From positions 1,444-65,443 of the forward strand of contig JAEUJM010000026.1 in assembly GCA_016794585.1 (NCBI GenBank): a stretch of 64,000 nucleotides of DNA, in the 5' to 3' direction. Position numbers and translations under genes: made by a program. This document shows positions 63,685 through 64,000 of this stretch, piece by piece. Within the stretch, counting starts at the first letter, position 1, and every line of letters begins with the position of its first letter. Source of the stretch: Acidimicrobiales bacterium (GTDB lineage Bacteria > Actinomycetota > Acidimicrobiia > Acidimicrobiales > DATDAH01). The notes below the pieces were generated by a model. It had not been told where the DNA came from. It saw only the letters and a list, made by a program, of their open reading frames with translations, and ran no database searches.

Positions 63685-63712
63685 ATCGGGAGCGGCGCCG
63701 CCGCTCAGCCTC

Positions 63713-64000
63713 TCAGGGCTTGAGGCCGAGGACGCAGTCCATGGACGCTGGCCCGCTGTCGGGGACGCGGGGCTGGCGCCACACCTCGACGGGGAACGAC
63801 GCCGTCATCAGCGAGTTGCAGAGCTGCAGCAGGCGGGTGGCGTCCTCGGGGAGGGCGTTGATGTCGAGGGCGTCGAGGTGGTCCAGCGCCGCCTCGAGGC
63901 GGGGGAAGGCGGCGTCGTAGAACGCCTGGAGCTCGTCCATGGTGCTGGCGATGCGCTTGTCGTAGCGCTCGTCCTCGGTGGGCAGGCACCAGTCGGCGAA
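63713..64000 (-). CDS. hypothetical protein, C-terminal part (5' end outside window)
   Basis: Frame is open to the window edge ('FADWCLPTEDERYDKRIASTMDELQAFYDAAF...'). G/C-rich third positions. No family recognised. Confidence 0.45.
   Translation of the reverse strand, partial: FADWCLPTEDERYDKRIASTMDELQAFYDAAFPRLEAALDHLDALDINALPEDATRLLQLCNSLMTASFPVEVWRQPRVPDSGPASMDCVLGLKP

Overview
High-GC, gene-dense chromosomal segment, apparently Actinomycetota-type. Many genes are joined by GTGA/ATGA start-stop overlaps. No integrase, transposase, cas gene or CRISPR array was seen. Left end (1-6.2 kb): housekeeping genes gltX (5' truncated), a DUF218 gene, a DUF559 gene bracketed by two copies of a 45-bp palindromic element, tRNA-Gln, purT, and tRNA-Glu followed by decayed tRNA-Glu copies. 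6-12 kb: DUF35 + thiolase-like pair, amidohydrolase, orphan Liv-type binding protein, TetR, SDR. 12-31.9 kb: a split L-rhamnose block. It holds a GH78 rhamnosidase, then 10 kb away rhaI-rhaEW-(625-bp repeat spacer)-rhaB-lldD-like plus a DeoR regulator. Between them lie an unusual Liv-type ABC importer (MFS::LivF fusion + LivH::LivM::LivG fusion + binding protein) and a WS/DGAT-epimerase-SnoaL trio. 31.9-36 kb: GT2 synthase + GT-C-like membrane protein + P-loop kinase. 36-44.9 kb: ACAD + APH-like kinase + hydratase + quinone reductase, GH3 beta-glucosidase, LLM oxidoreductase, hydratase. 44.9-51.5 kb: hypBA / hypFCDE [NiFe]-hydrogenase maturation genes with no structural hydrogenase in view. 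51.5-64 kb: beta-oxidation-like genes (DUF35::thiolase fusion, SDR, TesB-like, thiolase, ALDH), a third Liv-type binding protein, SDR, NtaA-type monooxygenase, TetR. Most notable in my reading: (1) the hybrid MFS/ABC fused transporter; (2) a 15-bp palindrome (GATAAC-N3-GTTATC) at five promoter-proximal sites; (3) repeat DNA sitting exactly on translationally coupled gene junctions (85-bp palindromic insert with 23-bp junction duplication, a 66/60/66/66-bp array, a 15-bp x3 junction triplication), resembling mycobacterial MIRUs; (4) a shared TGATCGAACAGA motif in rhamnose promoters. All protein calls rest on motif recognition by eye from the ORF track; no database search was run.
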